From an uncultured Bacteroidales bacterium (GTDB lineage: Bacteria; Bacteroidota; Bacteroidia; Bacteroidales; UBA932), in the NCBI GenBank assembly GCA_905233275.1, contig CAJODR010000005.1:149-64148 (forward strand): a stretch of DNA of 64,000 nucleotides, read 5' to 3'. Shown piece by piece: positions 9,182 to 19,091 of this stretch. Each line of letters opens with the position of its first letter. Position 1 is the stretch's first letter. The position numbers were made by a program, and so were the translations under genes. The notes below the pieces were generated by a model. That model made no database searches, was not told the DNA's origin, and saw only the letters and a program-made list of their open reading frames with translations.

Positions 9182-10471
9182 ATGCTCATAAAGAATCGTA
9201 TATTATTGATTTCTGCGGCGTTAGCAATGATTGCGTCTTGCAATACTGGAATTAATGATCCTATTGCGATTGAGTTCCCCACGCCGACGGAGTCCATCAC
9301 GAAGGTGATGCTTTCAGAGACAGAGCAAGGGTATGTCAATTCCGGGAATGACATGTCGCTCAAACTCTTCGTAAAACTATATGACGGGAGCAATTTGGTG
9401 TGCTCTCCCCTCAGTATTCAATTCGCTCTCGCCATGACGGCGAATGGTGCCAGCGGCGAGACTCTATCGGAGACTACCGACTTTCTCGGATATGGTAAGG
9501 ATGGCATTGCCGCGCTCAATGCGTACTGCAATTCGCTGCTTAAGCAGCTTCCGGCAGTCGATCTGGACGTGAAACTCAAACTCGTCGATGCTCTCATTGT
9601 CAATAGCGATTTTCCTCTGCTCGCTTCCTTTAAGGAGACGGTAGAGAAATCGTATTACGCCGCAGTTGATAATAGATCTTTCAACAGTCCTTCAGAGGTG
9701 GCTGCTCTCATTAATGACTGGACTAAGCGCTCCACAGAAGGCTTCATAGACAAGGTGCTGTTTGCTGACGATATATCAAAGGATGCGGTCGCGTTTATCA
9801 TGAATGCCCTTTATTTCAAGGCGAAATGGGCTGGAAGCGAGCACGATCCCATGTTTCGGGAAGAGAGAACAAAGGAAGAAGATTTCACGCTTACCGACGG
9901 CTCTAAAGTGAGAATCCCAATGATGAATAATTCGAGTTATCATAAGTATGCCGAGATGGACGGTTTCAAGGTGCTTGCCCTTCCGTATGCGTCTCGGAAA
10001 TACTATATGTACATTCTCCTTCCTGAAAAGAATGACCTGGCCGGATTGGTGAAAAAGCTCCCTGACATCACATGGAAAGATATATTAAGCAACTTGAAAC
10101 AGGATGCACGGGTCAATGTCAAGCTGCCACGTTTCGACATTGAGAACAAATTCAATCTCAATGAGCCCCTTAAATCACTCGGTGTCAGGAAGATTTTCTC
10201 AAGTGGCAAAGCTGACTTCTCCAATATGTTTGCGGACAAGATAAAGCAGTACTGGATCGACAAAGTATTCCAAAAAGCCCGTATATCCGTGGCCGAATGG
10301 GGAACGGAGGCCGCTGCAGTAACTGTTGTCGCAGTGGATGGGGCTACATCTGCCGGCCCTGGAGATGAGCCTAAGCGCGTCAATTTCTACGCTGACCACC
10401 CCTTCCTCTTCCTCATCGGAGAATCCACCTCCGGCACCATACTCTTCATTGGCGCATATACTGGGGAATAG
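9182..10471 (+). CDS. Serpin family lipoprotein
   Basis: SPLSI, NALYFKAKW, hinge EWGTEAAAVT and ADHPFLFLI motifs; lipobox IASC. Confidence 0.95.
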   Translation: MLIKNRILLISAALAMIASCNTGINDPIAIEFPTPTESITKVMLSETEQGYVNSGNDMSLKLFVKLYDGSNLVCSPLSIQFALAMTANGASGETLSETTDFLGYGKDGIAALNAYCNSLLKQLPAVDLDVKLKLVDALIVNSDFPLLASFKETVEKSYYAAVDNRSFNSPSEVAALINDWTKRSTEGFIDKVLFADDISKDAVAFIMNALYFKAKWAGSEHDPMFREERTKEEDFTLTDGSKVRIPMMNNSSYHKYAEMDGFKVLALPYASRKYYMYILLPEKNDLAGLVKKLPDITWKDILSNLKQDARVNVKLPRFDIENKFNLNEPLKSLGVRKIFSSGKADFSNMFADKIKQYWIDKVFQKARISVAEWGTEAAAVTVVAVDGATSAGPGDEPKRVNFYADHPFLFLIGESTSGTILFIGAYTGE

Positions 10472-10489
10472 CCCTGAAAAGCGAATCCT

Positions 10490-11894
10490 TTAGGAGGCGA
10501 TAATCTTTTCAGCTACGGCAATGACTTCGTTTCCGAGGGCTTCGGCCTCTTCGGGAGTGGAGGCTTCGCTGTAGATGCGGATGATGGGTTCCGTGTTGGA
10601 TTTGCGGAGGTGGACCCACTGCTTCTTTGCCTCGAAAATGATCTTGACGCCGTCGATGTCGTTGATGTCCTCGGAGGCGTAGATCTTTTTCAGCTCGCTG
10701 AGAATCTTGTCGATGAGGGCGGAATCGGAGAGCTGGATCTTGTTCTTGGCAATGAAGTACTCGGGGTAGGTCTTCTTGAGTTCAGAGGCTTTGAGACCCT
10801 TGTGTGCGAGGTTGGAGAGGAACAGGGCGACTCCGACCATAGCGTCGCGTCCGGCGTGGATTGCGGGATAGATGACTCCTCCGTTGCCTTCGCCGCCGAT
10901 GAGGGCGCCGACCTTGTGCATGAGGGTAGTGACGTTGACTTCGCCGACTGCGGAGGCGTAATACTTGCCTCCGTGTGCCTCGGTGACGTCCCTGAGTGCC
11001 CTGGTGGAGGAAAGGTTGGAGACGGTGGCGATGGGCTTGCCTTCCTTCTCGGCCAGCGAGCAGAGGTAGTCGGCTACACTGACGAGGGTGTATTCTTCGA
11101 CGAATGGCTCACCGTTTTCGGAGATGAATGCCAGGCGGTCGACGTCGGGATCGACGCTGACGCCGAGGTCCGCATGCTCCCTGACCACGGTGTCGGAAAG
11201 ATCCTTGAGGTTGACAGGAAGCGGCTCCGGATTGTGTGCGAAATCGCCGGTGGGCTCGCAGTTGAGCGGGATACACTTGACTCCCAGGCGTTTAAGCAGC
11301 CTCGGCATGATGATGCCGCCGACCGAATTGATGGCATCTACCACCACGGTGAATTTGGCTGCCTTGATCGCCTCGACGTCAACTGCCGGAAGTGCGAGGA
11401 CGGCGTCCAGGTGCTTGTCGGTGAAATCCTCTTCTTCGATATTGCCGAGGTCGTCGACTTCGGCGAATCGGAAATCCTCCTTCTCAGCGAGGTCGAGCAC
11501 TGCCTGTCCTTCAGCCGCGGTGAGGAATTCGCCACGGTCGTTGAGGAGCTTGAGGGCGTTCCACTGCCTGGGGTTGTGGGATGCGGTGAGAATGATGCCG
11601 CCGGAACAGGACGGCCATTTCGGTCGTCGGAGTGGAGGCGAATCCGCATTTGACGACGTCGATGCCGCAGCCGACGAGGGTGCCGACCACGAGGTTTTCG
11701 ACCATGTCGCCGGATAGACGGGCGTCCTTGCCGACTACGATCTTGTATCGTTCGCCGTTAGGCTGAGGTTTGCGTGAAGGAAGGGTGGCAGCGTATGCCG
11801 CGGTGAATTTTACGATGTCAATGGGGGTGAGGGCCCCGCCTGGCTCGCCGCCGATTGTGCCGCGAATACCGGAGATGGATTTGATGAGGGTCAT
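10490..11894 (-). pseudogene. glmM: Phosphoglucosamine mutase / phosphohexomutase, frameshifted near 11606
   Basis: MTLIKSISGIRG N-terminus in ORF 11511-11894; catalytic GGIILTASHNP, DPDVDR and GGEGNGG lie in the frame of ORF 10490-11500. Confidence 0.85.
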
Positions 11895-11901
11895 ATTGAT
11901 A

Positions 11902-13047
11902 CTATCCTAAGAAACTGAGAAGTATACCTGCTGCGACTGCCGAACCGATAACGCCGGCGACATTGGGCCCCATGGCGTGCATGAGGAGATGGTTGGAAGG
12001 ATCGATTTCGCGGCCGACGACTTCGGATACCCGGGCGCTGTCAGGCACTGCTGAAACGCCTGCGTTGCCGATAAGGGGATTGATCTTGCGTTCGGGATTC
12101 TTGATGAAGACGTTGAACAGCTTGACGAAAAGGACGCCGGTAGTCGTCGCGATGACGAACGAGAGAAGGCCGAGGCCGAAGATGAGCAGCGATCTGCCGC
12201 TAAGGAACTTGTCGGCCTGGGTGGACGCACCCACGGTGAGACCGATGAGCGTGGTGACGACGTCGATGAGCGGACCGCGTGCAGTCTCGGCGAGACGCCT
12301 GGTGACGCCGCTCTCCTTGAGCAGGTTGCCGAAGAAGAGCATACCGAGGAGCGGAAGGCCGCTGGGGACGATGAATGCCGTAGTGAGGAAACCGATGATG
12401 GGGAAGATGATCTTCTCTTTCTGGCTGACCTGGCGAGGGGCGGGCATCTTGATGACGCGCTCCTTCTTGGTCGTCAGAGCAAGCATTATCGGCCTCTGGA
12501 TGACCGGAACGAGGGCCATGTAGGAATACGCCGACACGGCAATCGCGCCCATCAGGTCCGGAGCGAGCTTGGAGCTGAGGAAGATGGCCGTGGGGCCGTC
12601 AGCGCCGCCGATGATGCCGATGGCGCCCGCCTCGTTGGGGGCGAATCCAAACAACAGCGCGAGCAGATACGCACCGAAAATACCCATCTGTGCGGCCGCT
12701 CCGATGAGAATCAACCTCGGCTGCGAAATCAGCGCCGAGAAGTCCGTCATGGCTCCGATGCCGAGGAATATCAGCGGCGGATACCATCCCTGCTTGACAC
12801 CCTGATACAGGATGTTGAGCACCGAGCCGTCCTCGTACACGCCGATATTGAGCCCCGGGAACATGGGGATATTGCCGACGATCATGCCGAATCCGATCGG
12901 CACGAGCAGCATCGGCTCCCACTCCTTCACAATGGCCACCGTGATGAATCCTATACCGATAAGAATCATTACGATGTTCTGCCACGATGCGTTGGCAAAT
13001 CCCGTGTACTGCCAGAACTGGCTCAGGGAATTGATGATTTGCTCCAT
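11902..13047 (-). CDS. mmdB: Na+-translocating decarboxylase beta subunit
   Basis: IGIIGGADGPTAI and AMGPNVAGVIGSA motifs of the OadB/MmdB/GcdB family. Confidence 0.93.
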   Translation of the reverse strand: MEQIINSLSQFWQYTGFANASWQNIVMILIGIGFITVAIVKEWEPMLLVPIGFGMIVGNIPMFPGLNIGVYEDGSVLNILYQGVKQGWYPPLIFLGIGAMTDFSALISQPRLILIGAAAQMGIFGAYLLALLFGFAPNEAGAIGIIGGADGPTAIFLSSKLAPDLMGAIAVSAYSYMALVPVIQRPIMLALTTKKERVIKMPAPRQVSQKEKIIFPIIGFLTTAFIVPSGLPLLGMLFFGNLLKESGVTRRLAETARGPLIDVVTTLIGLTVGASTQADKFLSGRSLLIFGLGLLSFVIATTTGVLFVKLFNVFIKNPERKINPLIGNAGVSAVPDSARVSEVVGREIDPSNHLLMHAMGPNVAGVIGSAVAAGILLSFLG

Positions 13048-13051
13048 TACC

Positions 13052-13486
13052 TTAGGCTATGGTGACTATTGCGGCTCCTTCAAGGACCGAATCTCCCTTG
13101 GCCACGTGGATGGCTGTGACGGTACCGTCCTTCTGGGCGGAAATCTCGTTCTCCATCTTCATGGCTTCGAGGACTGCGACTTTCTGTCCGGCCTTCACCG
13201 CCTGGCCTTCCTTGACGGAAACCTCGATGATGACGCCGGGAAGCGGCGAATTGACGGGTTCGCCCTTGCCGGTCGGTGCTGCGGCGGGTGCCGGAGCGGT
13301 TGCTGCCACGGGCTCTGTCTTGGCCTCGGGGGCCTTTACGGGTGCAGGTTCGGCGACTGCGGGAGCATTCTCGAGCTCCACGTTGTAGGAGGCGCCGTTG
13401 ACTGTCACTTCGGCATTCTTGCCGTCAATCTCTCCGATGACTACATCGTAGTCCTTACCGTTGATCCTGAATTTGTACTCTTTCAT
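13052..13486 (-). CDS. mmdC: Biotin carboxyl carrier subunit
   Basis: EAMKMENE biotinylation motif after an Ala/Pro-rich linker. Confidence 0.93.
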   Translation of the reverse strand: MKEYKFRINGKDYDVVIGEIDGKNAEVTVNGASYNVELENAPAVAEPAPVKAPEAKTEPVAATAPAPAAAPTGKGEPVNSPLPGVIIEVSVKEGQAVKAGQKVAVLEAMKMENEISAQKDGTVTAIHVAKGDSVLEGAAIVTIA

Positions 13487-13500
13487 ATCTTGATTCGTTT

Positions 13501-14424
13501 TTATCTTGGTAAACGTCTGAATGTCTGTGTTTTATCGCTCCACTGCGATACGCCTTCACGGCGAATCGTGATGCGGAACGTCTCCGCATCATGCACCGTC
13601 TCCGACAGGTGCAGGTGGAGCGCTAGCGCGATAGCCGCATAGGTGTCGCCACCCTCTTCGAGATCGAGCGCCATTGCTATTGCCGCGGCTATTTCTGCGT
13701 CAGGGGTCTGAGACGCCTGTTTGTTACGTGCTATTTTATTGTTATCCTTTTCAGCTTTCTTGCGGGCGCGGCGGTCGAAGAAGAAGTAGAATAGGAACCA
13801 GAGGACTGCGAGTGCGCAGAAGACTACGGAGATGGACACCACGGTGAGAATCCAGCCGTAGGGGTCTTTCTCCTTCATTCGATCGGCCTTGGAAACCTCG
13901 TCGCCCAGGGTATTGGGAATGCCCGGAGACGGCTCGGTAGGGGAGTGGGTCTCGAATACGAAGCCCTTGGCGTCTACGGGGACCTTGCTCACTGACTTGC
14001 CGGCGGGAAGATCGGAAGGAATTGACAGAGAGTCGATTATTGTCCTGCCGTCATTGCTGACAAGGTAGACGGTCTTGCCCGGAGCCAGGGTGATGCCGGC
14101 ATAGAACGGTCCGTCGGCTCCCCGTCCGCTGGCGTAGATAACCACCGTCTGGCAGGGGCCAATCTGAGTCCGGAGATCACTCTTCGGAATGGGGCTCTTG
14201 CGGAGGTCCTTCGGATCGTCCGTGAGGAAGCATCCGCCGAATTTGACGGTGCCCCTTGAGGTGTTGTATATCTCTATCCAGCCGTTCTTTCTCCCGAAAT
14301 CATCGACGAGCGAAGTCTCACCGGGGACCGCGAGAATCTCGGAAATGATGAGGTCCGAGACATTCTGCGCCCCGAGGGGAATTGCGACGGCCGCGAAGAG
14401 AATTGTGATAAAGCGTTTTCTCAT
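13501..14424 (-). CDS. OadG/MmdD-like subunit with N-terminal lamin-tail-like domain
   Basis: Signal peptide, LIISEI...GWIEIYN...GGCFLTD lamin-tail-like region, single TM and C-terminal AAIALALH motif; operon position. Confidence 0.8.
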   Translation of the reverse strand: MRKRFITILFAAVAIPLGAQNVSDLIISEILAVPGETSLVDDFGRKNGWIEIYNTSRGTVKFGGCFLTDDPKDLRKSPIPKSDLRTQIGPCQTVVIYASGRGADGPFYAGITLAPGKTVYLVSNDGRTIIDSLSIPSDLPAGKSVSKVPVDAKGFVFETHSPTEPSPGIPNTLGDEVSKADRMKEKDPYGWILTVVSISVVFCALAVLWFLFYFFFDRRARKKAEKDNNKIARNKQASQTPDAEIAAAIAMALDLEEGGDTYAAIALALHLHLSETVHDAETFRITIRREGVSQWSDKTQTFRRLPR

Positions 14425-15983
14425 AAGGGCAGGTTGTCGTGCTTCTTTGCGGGGATGTCCTGTTTCTTGAGGGCGAGCTGCTCGAGGGCGCGGATGACGC
14501 GGAACCTGGTGTTGCGAGGCTCGATGACATCGTCGATATAGCCCTTCTGGGCAGCCTGGTAAGGGTTGGAGAAGAGATCGTCGTATTCTTTCTTCTTCTC
14601 TTCGAATATCTTTTTCTTCTCGTCCGGATCCTCGGTGGCCTTGAGATCCTTGGCGTAGAGGATGTTGACTGCGCCGTCGGCACCCATGACCGCGATGTTG
14701 GCGGAGGGCCAGGCGTAGTTGAGGTCGCCGCGGAGCTGTTTGCAGCTCATGACGATGTGGGCGCCGCCGTAGGACTTGCGCAGGGACACGGTGACTTTGG
14801 GGACCGTGGCCTCGCCGTAAGCGTAAAGGAGCTTGGCACCGTTGGTGATGATGGCGCCGTATTCCTGCTGCGTGCCGCAGAGGAAACCGGGCACGTCGAC
14901 GAGCGTTACGAGCGGAATGTTGAAAGCGTCGCAGAAGCGGACAAAGCGCGAGGCCTTTCTCGAAGCGTTGATGTCGAGGACGCCAGCGAGCACCTTGGGC
15001 TGGTTGGCAACGATACCGACGCTGCGGCCTGCCATGTGGGCGAATCCTACTATTATATTCTTTGCGAACTGCTCGTGGATCTCGAAGAAATCGCCGTCAT
15101 CGACGATGCTGCGGATCACGTAGTACATGTCGTAAGCCTTGTTGGGATTGTCCGGAATAATGTCGTTGAGGGCATCGTCAACGCGGCTGTAGGGATCGGA
15201 GGTCTCCCGGCGGGGAGCCTCTTCCATATTGTTCTGGGGAATGTAGCTGAGGAGCTTCTTGATGGTGGCAAGGCCTTCCTGCTCGTTTTCAGCTGCGAAG
15301 TGTGCCACGCCGCTCTTGCTGGCATGGACGGATGCACCGCCCAGGTCCTCCTGGCTGACAACCTCGCCGGTCACTGATTTGACGACTGCGGGGCCTGTCA
15401 GGAACATGTAGCTTGTATTCTTCACCATGAGGGTGAAGTCGGTCAGGGCAGGGGAGTAGACTGCTCCACCGGCGCAGGGACCGAATATGCCGCTGATCTG
15501 CGGGACGACACCCGACGCGAGGATATTCCTCTCGAATATCTCGCCGAATCCGGCGAGCGAATCGATACCTTCCTGGATACGGGCTCCGCCGCTGTCGTTG
15601 AGACCGATGACGGGTGCTCCGGCGCGGACGGCCATGTCCATGATCTTGCAGATCTTTTCCGACATGGTCTTCGACAGGGAACCTCCGTTGACCGTGAAAT
15701 CCTGGGCGAATACATACACGAGGCGGCCGTCGATGGTGCCGCATCCGGTCACGACGCCGTCGCCGTCGGTATGGGATTTATCCATTCCGAAATTGGCGCA
15801 GCGGTGGTGAACGAACATGTCGTATTCTTCAAAGCTGCCTTCGTCGAGAAGGATAGCAAGGCGCTCCCTTGCGGTGAGCTTGCCCTTCTCATGCTGGGCG
15901 TCGATGCGTGCCTGCCCGCCGCCGAGACGGGCCTTGGCCCTCCGCTCGACGAGTTTGGATATGTTTTCCTGCTGGATACTCAT
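14421..15983 (-). CDS. mmdA: Methylmalonyl-CoA decarboxylase alpha / acyl-CoA carboxyltransferase
   Basis: [25 protein letters not shown] and KKHDNLPL motifs. Confidence 0.93.
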   Translation of the reverse strand: MSIQQENISKLVERRAKARLGGGQARIDAQHEKGKLTARERLAILLDEGSFEEYDMFVHHRCANFGMDKSHTDGDGVVTGCGTIDGRLVYVFAQDFTVNGGSLSKTMSEKICKIMDMAVRAGAPVIGLNDSGGARIQEGIDSLAGFGEIFERNILASGVVPQISGIFGPCAGGAVYSPALTDFTLMVKNTSYMFLTGPAVVKSVTGEVVSQEDLGGASVHASKSGVAHFAAENEQEGLATIKKLLSYIPQNNMEEAPRRETSDPYSRVDDALNDIIPDNPNKAYDMYYVIRSIVDDGDFFEIHEQFAKNIIVGFAHMAGRSVGIVANQPKVLAGVLDINASRKASRFVRFCDAFNIPLVTLVDVPGFLCGTQQEYGAIITNGAKLLYAYGEATVPKVTVSLRKSYGGAHIVMSCKQLRGDLNYAWPSANIAVMGADGAVNILYAKDLKATEDPDEKKKIFEEKKKEYDDLFSNPYQAAQKGYIDDVIEPRNTRFRVIRALEQLALKKQDIPAKKHDNLPL

Positions 15984-16057
15984 TTGCTGTATTTTTAAGC
16001 CGAAAGCCCCCCACTGACGCTGCGGGAGGCCTCGGAAAAATTCATTGTGTCAATGAT

Positions 16058-16816
16058 TTACTCATCGGACGGTTTAAGGGTGGAGTAGACGTTGGTGACG
16101 TCCTCGTCATCCTCGAGCAGTCCTGTGAGTTTGTCAAGAGTCGCTCTCTGCTCGGGAGTGACATCCTTGAGGTCGACGTTGGGGATCCTTTCGAATCCGC
16201 CGGAGACCATGTCGTAGCCGCCGTCCTCGATGAATTTCTGGATCTGGCCGTAAGCCGTGTAGTCGCCGTAGATGACGATCTCCTTGGTGACGTTTTCATC
16301 TTCGTCCTCCACTTCCTGGGAGAATACCTCGTCAGCGCCGTAGTCGATCAGTTCGAGCTCGAGCTCTTCGATGTCGATGGGCTTGGCGGGATCCTCCTTG
16401 AGGCGGAATACGCACTTGTGGTCGAACATGAACGCCACGGAACCGCTGGTGCCGAGGGAGCCTCCGCATTTGGTGAAATAGCTCCTGACATTGGCGACGG
16501 TGCGGGTATTGTTGTCGGTAGCGGCCTCCACGAGGTAGGCGATGCCGAACGGGCCGTAGCCTTCGTATACGAGTTCTTTGAAATCGCCCTGGTTTTTCTC
16601 AGTGGCCTTCTTGATGGCGCGCTCGATGTTTTCCTTGGGCATTGACTCGTTGCGGGCCTCGGCGAGGAGGGCCCTGAGGCGGGGATTGCCGGTGACTTCG
16701 GCTCCGCCCTGCTTGACGGCGATGGTGATCTCCTTTCCAAGTTTGGTGAAGACCTTGGCCATGTGGCCCCAACGCTTCAGTTTGCGTTCCTTGCGGAATT
16801 CAAATGCTCTTCCCAT
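16058..16816 (-). CDS. yebC: YebC/PmpR family protein
   Basis: MGRAFEFRK, YEGYGPFG and TDNNTRT motifs. Confidence 0.95.
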   Translation of the reverse strand: MGRAFEFRKERKLKRWGHMAKVFTKLGKEITIAVKQGGAEVTGNPRLRALLAEARNESMPKENIERAIKKATEKNQGDFKELVYEGYGPFGIAYLVEAATDNNTRTVANVRSYFTKCGGSLGTSGSVAFMFDHKCVFRLKEDPAKPIDIEELELELIDYGADEVFSQEVEDEDENVTKEIVIYGDYTAYGQIQKFIEDGGYDMVSGGFERIPNVDLKDVTPEQRATLDKLTGLLEDDEDVTNVYSTLKPSDE

Positions 16817-16819
16817 AGT

Positions 16820-17515
16820 TTATTTCGTCTCGAGTTTGGAGATGTAGATGTCGATGCCGGTCTGGGCCTCGTAGGAATCCGGATAGCGGTTCTTGATCTT
16901 GCGGTAGGCTTCGAGGGCCTTGTCGTTCTGGCCGAGGGCTTCGTAGACGAGGCCGGCCTTGAAGAGATAGCGGGCGCTGGTGACATTGTCGATCATGTCG
17001 GCGGCTTTCATGAAGCCTGCAGCGGCGGAGTCGAGATTGCCGAGCTCTACGTCACAGTCGGCGATGGCCGCGACGGCGGCTGCCTTCATGACGGGATCGT
17101 CGGTCTTGTATTTCTCGAGGTGGGCCTTGGCCTCTGCGAAGTTGCCGAGCTGCATTTCAGCTGCGCCGGCATATGCTTCGGCGGCACCGGCCTTCCTTCC
17201 GTACTCGTCGATGATGTCGACAAGACCCTGGGCCTTGGTGACGGGATCACCGTGGAGCATGGTTGCGAGGGTGAGGGAGTCAGCCTCGGCGAAACCGGTC
17301 TCGTTGACTGCGGCTGTAGCGACTGCTACGGCCTTGCGGGCGGCTTCGCGGCGGGGATTGCGCACGAAGTTGATATAAAGGAATACACCTACTACGATGA
17401 CGATGGCTGCGATGCCGATGCCATAGATAACTTTTTTGTTCCTGTCAAAGAACTGCTGGAGTTTGGAGACCTCCACTGCGGGCTGCTTGGCCTCCTCTTT
17501 TTTCTTGATTGCCAT
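16820..17515 (-). CDS. Membrane-anchored TPR protein (YfgM-like)
   Basis: N-terminal TM followed by TPR-like helices (YAGAAEMQLGNF, FKAGLVYEALG). Confidence 0.8.
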   Translation of the reverse strand: MAIKKKEEAKQPAVEVSKLQQFFDRNKKVIYGIGIAAIVIVVGVFLYINFVRNPRREAARKAVAVATAAVNETGFAEADSLTLATMLHGDPVTKAQGLVDIIDEYGRKAGAAEAYAGAAEMQLGNFAEAKAHLEKYKTDDPVMKAAAVAAIADCDVELGNLDSAAAGFMKAADMIDNVTSARYLFKAGLVYEALGQNDKALEAYRKIKNRYPDSYEAQTGIDIYISKLETK

Positions 17516-17616
17516 ATTGTTGTAATGTTTATATTTGCAAAATTTGCGGGCTCTCTCACGCGCGCGAGCGCCGATTGAGCCTGCAAATTTACAAAAAAAA
17601 CCTTAAACCCCCAAAC

Positions 17617-17961
17617 CTATTTGAGGACTATCTCTTTAACAGGCTTTTCCTGACCTTTCAGGGGCGTGTAGAGGCTGTCCCCGGCAAGGACCTCATTGAT
17701 CTTTGCGGCGAGGAGATCCTTCTCATATCCTATCCTCGTGCGAAGCATTGAAGACGATAACGTGATATACAGCTTTCCGTCGCGGTAGTAGCGGCGGAGG
17801 GTCTTGTCGCCGAGTCCGCTGACGCTGTCCCATGCCGCGAAAATGCGCCTTGTATTGAGCCTGGAAGTCAGTCCGAGCGTCCGGATCAGGGCGGTGACGG
17901 TCTCATCCATTCCCCGGGCCTCCCTGCGGTCAAGCCTTACGTATGGGGACTGTCCGTTCAT
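17617..17961 (-). CDS. DUF721 / DciA-family protein
   Basis: AWDSVSG...LYITLSSSMLRTRI pattern; coupled to recF by an ATGA overlap. Confidence 0.75.
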   Translation of the reverse strand: MNGQSPYVRLDRREARGMDETVTALIRTLGLTSRLNTRRIFAAWDSVSGLGDKTLRRYYRDGKLYITLSSSMLRTRIGYEKDLLAAKINEVLAGDSLYTPLKGQEKPVKEIVLK

Positions 17962-19064
17962 ACATCAATCCTCCGGAATGTCCCTCCGACGGTGTCGAAA
18001 TAGGCCCTGTCCTCTGTCAGCGCGTCCACTATTCCGCTCAGCCTCACCTTGTTGGAATCGGTGATGAATATCTGTCCGAACTCCTTCCCGGCCACGAGCG
18101 CGATGAGATTGGATATTCTCCCCATGTCGAGCTTGTCGAACACGTCGTCGAGGAGCAGCGTCGGAGCGAATCCGTAGCCGTCCTTCATTATCGAGTACTG
18201 GGCGAATTTGAGCGCGACGAGGAAGGACTTCTGCTGTCCCTGCGAACCGCATCTTCTCACCGGATACCCATCCATCTCAAACAGGAAATCATCCCTCTGG
18301 ATACCTGCGGAAGTGTATCGGAGCGCGAGATCCTTGTCCCTCCTGGCTGCCAGGAGCTTGTCCAGCGGCCCGTTTGCGAGGTCGGACTCGTAGCGGATGG
18401 ACACAGGCTCGTTGCCTCCTGAAATCAGATGGTAGTAGTGCTGGACCACCGGATTGAGCGCCTTTGTAAATGCGGCTCTCGCCGAATGGATGGCCTCAGC
18501 CAGCGGCGCCATTCTCGCGTCGAAGACTGCGAGAAGACCTTCGTCCGGCGTGACATTGTCCTTGAGGAGTCGGTTGCGCTGGAGGAGGAGCCGGTTGTAA
18601 CTCTGGATGGCGGCAAGATACTCGGAATCCATCTGTGAGAGGACGCCGTTGACAAAGCGGCGGCGCTCCTCTCCCGATTCGCTGACCAGCGTGCTGTCGC
18701 CCGGGGAGACCATCACTACCGGCAGCGTCCCTATATGCTCCGAAAGCCTTTTCAGCGGCTTGTCGTCGCGGAATACCTTTTTCTCGCCCTCGAGGTTGGC
18801 CTTGATGGCAAAGCGCGCCGTGGTCCCGTCCTCCATGGCGAACGTCCCTCCGACGGCAAACGCCTCCTGCCCGTGCCGGACATTGAATTTGTCCGGCACA
18901 GGGAAAGCGCTTTTGGTCATCGCGAGGGTGTAGATGGCGTCGAGAAGGTTTGTCTTCCCCTCGCCGTTGTTGCCGCTGATGCAGTTGATGCCTTCCGAGA
19001 AACTGAGTTCCTGAAAGGCTATGTTGCGGAAGTCCTGTATTACAAGTCTCTTGAGTGAAGGCAT
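17958..19064 (-). CDS. recF: DNA replication/repair protein RecF
   Basis: Walker A GNNGEGKTN, GSQGQQKS and LLLDDVFDKLD; TATATTTG motif at 19072-19079. Confidence 0.96.
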   Translation of the reverse strand: MPSLKRLVIQDFRNIAFQELSFSEGINCISGNNGEGKTNLLDAIYTLAMTKSAFPVPDKFNVRHGQEAFAVGGTFAMEDGTTARFAIKANLEGEKKVFRDDKPLKRLSEHIGTLPVVMVSPGDSTLVSESGEERRRFVNGVLSQMDSEYLAAIQSYNRLLLQRNRLLKDNVTPDEGLLAVFDARMAPLAEAIHSARAAFTKALNPVVQHYYHLISGGNEPVSIRYESDLANGPLDKLLAARRDKDLALRYTSAGIQRDDFLFEMDGYPVRRCGSQGQQKSFLVALKFAQYSIMKDGYGFAPTLLLDDVFDKLDMGRISNLIALVAGKEFGQIFITDSNKVRLSGIVDALTEDRAYFDTVGGTFRRIDV

Positions 19065-19091
19065 GGCACTGCAAATATACGGAAAAAACGC

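Noticed and set aside
6333-10480. tRNA-Arg as the attachment site of an integrated element carrying LytTR/C10/serpin
   Set aside because: I found no duplicate of the tRNA 3' end and no integrase in the window.
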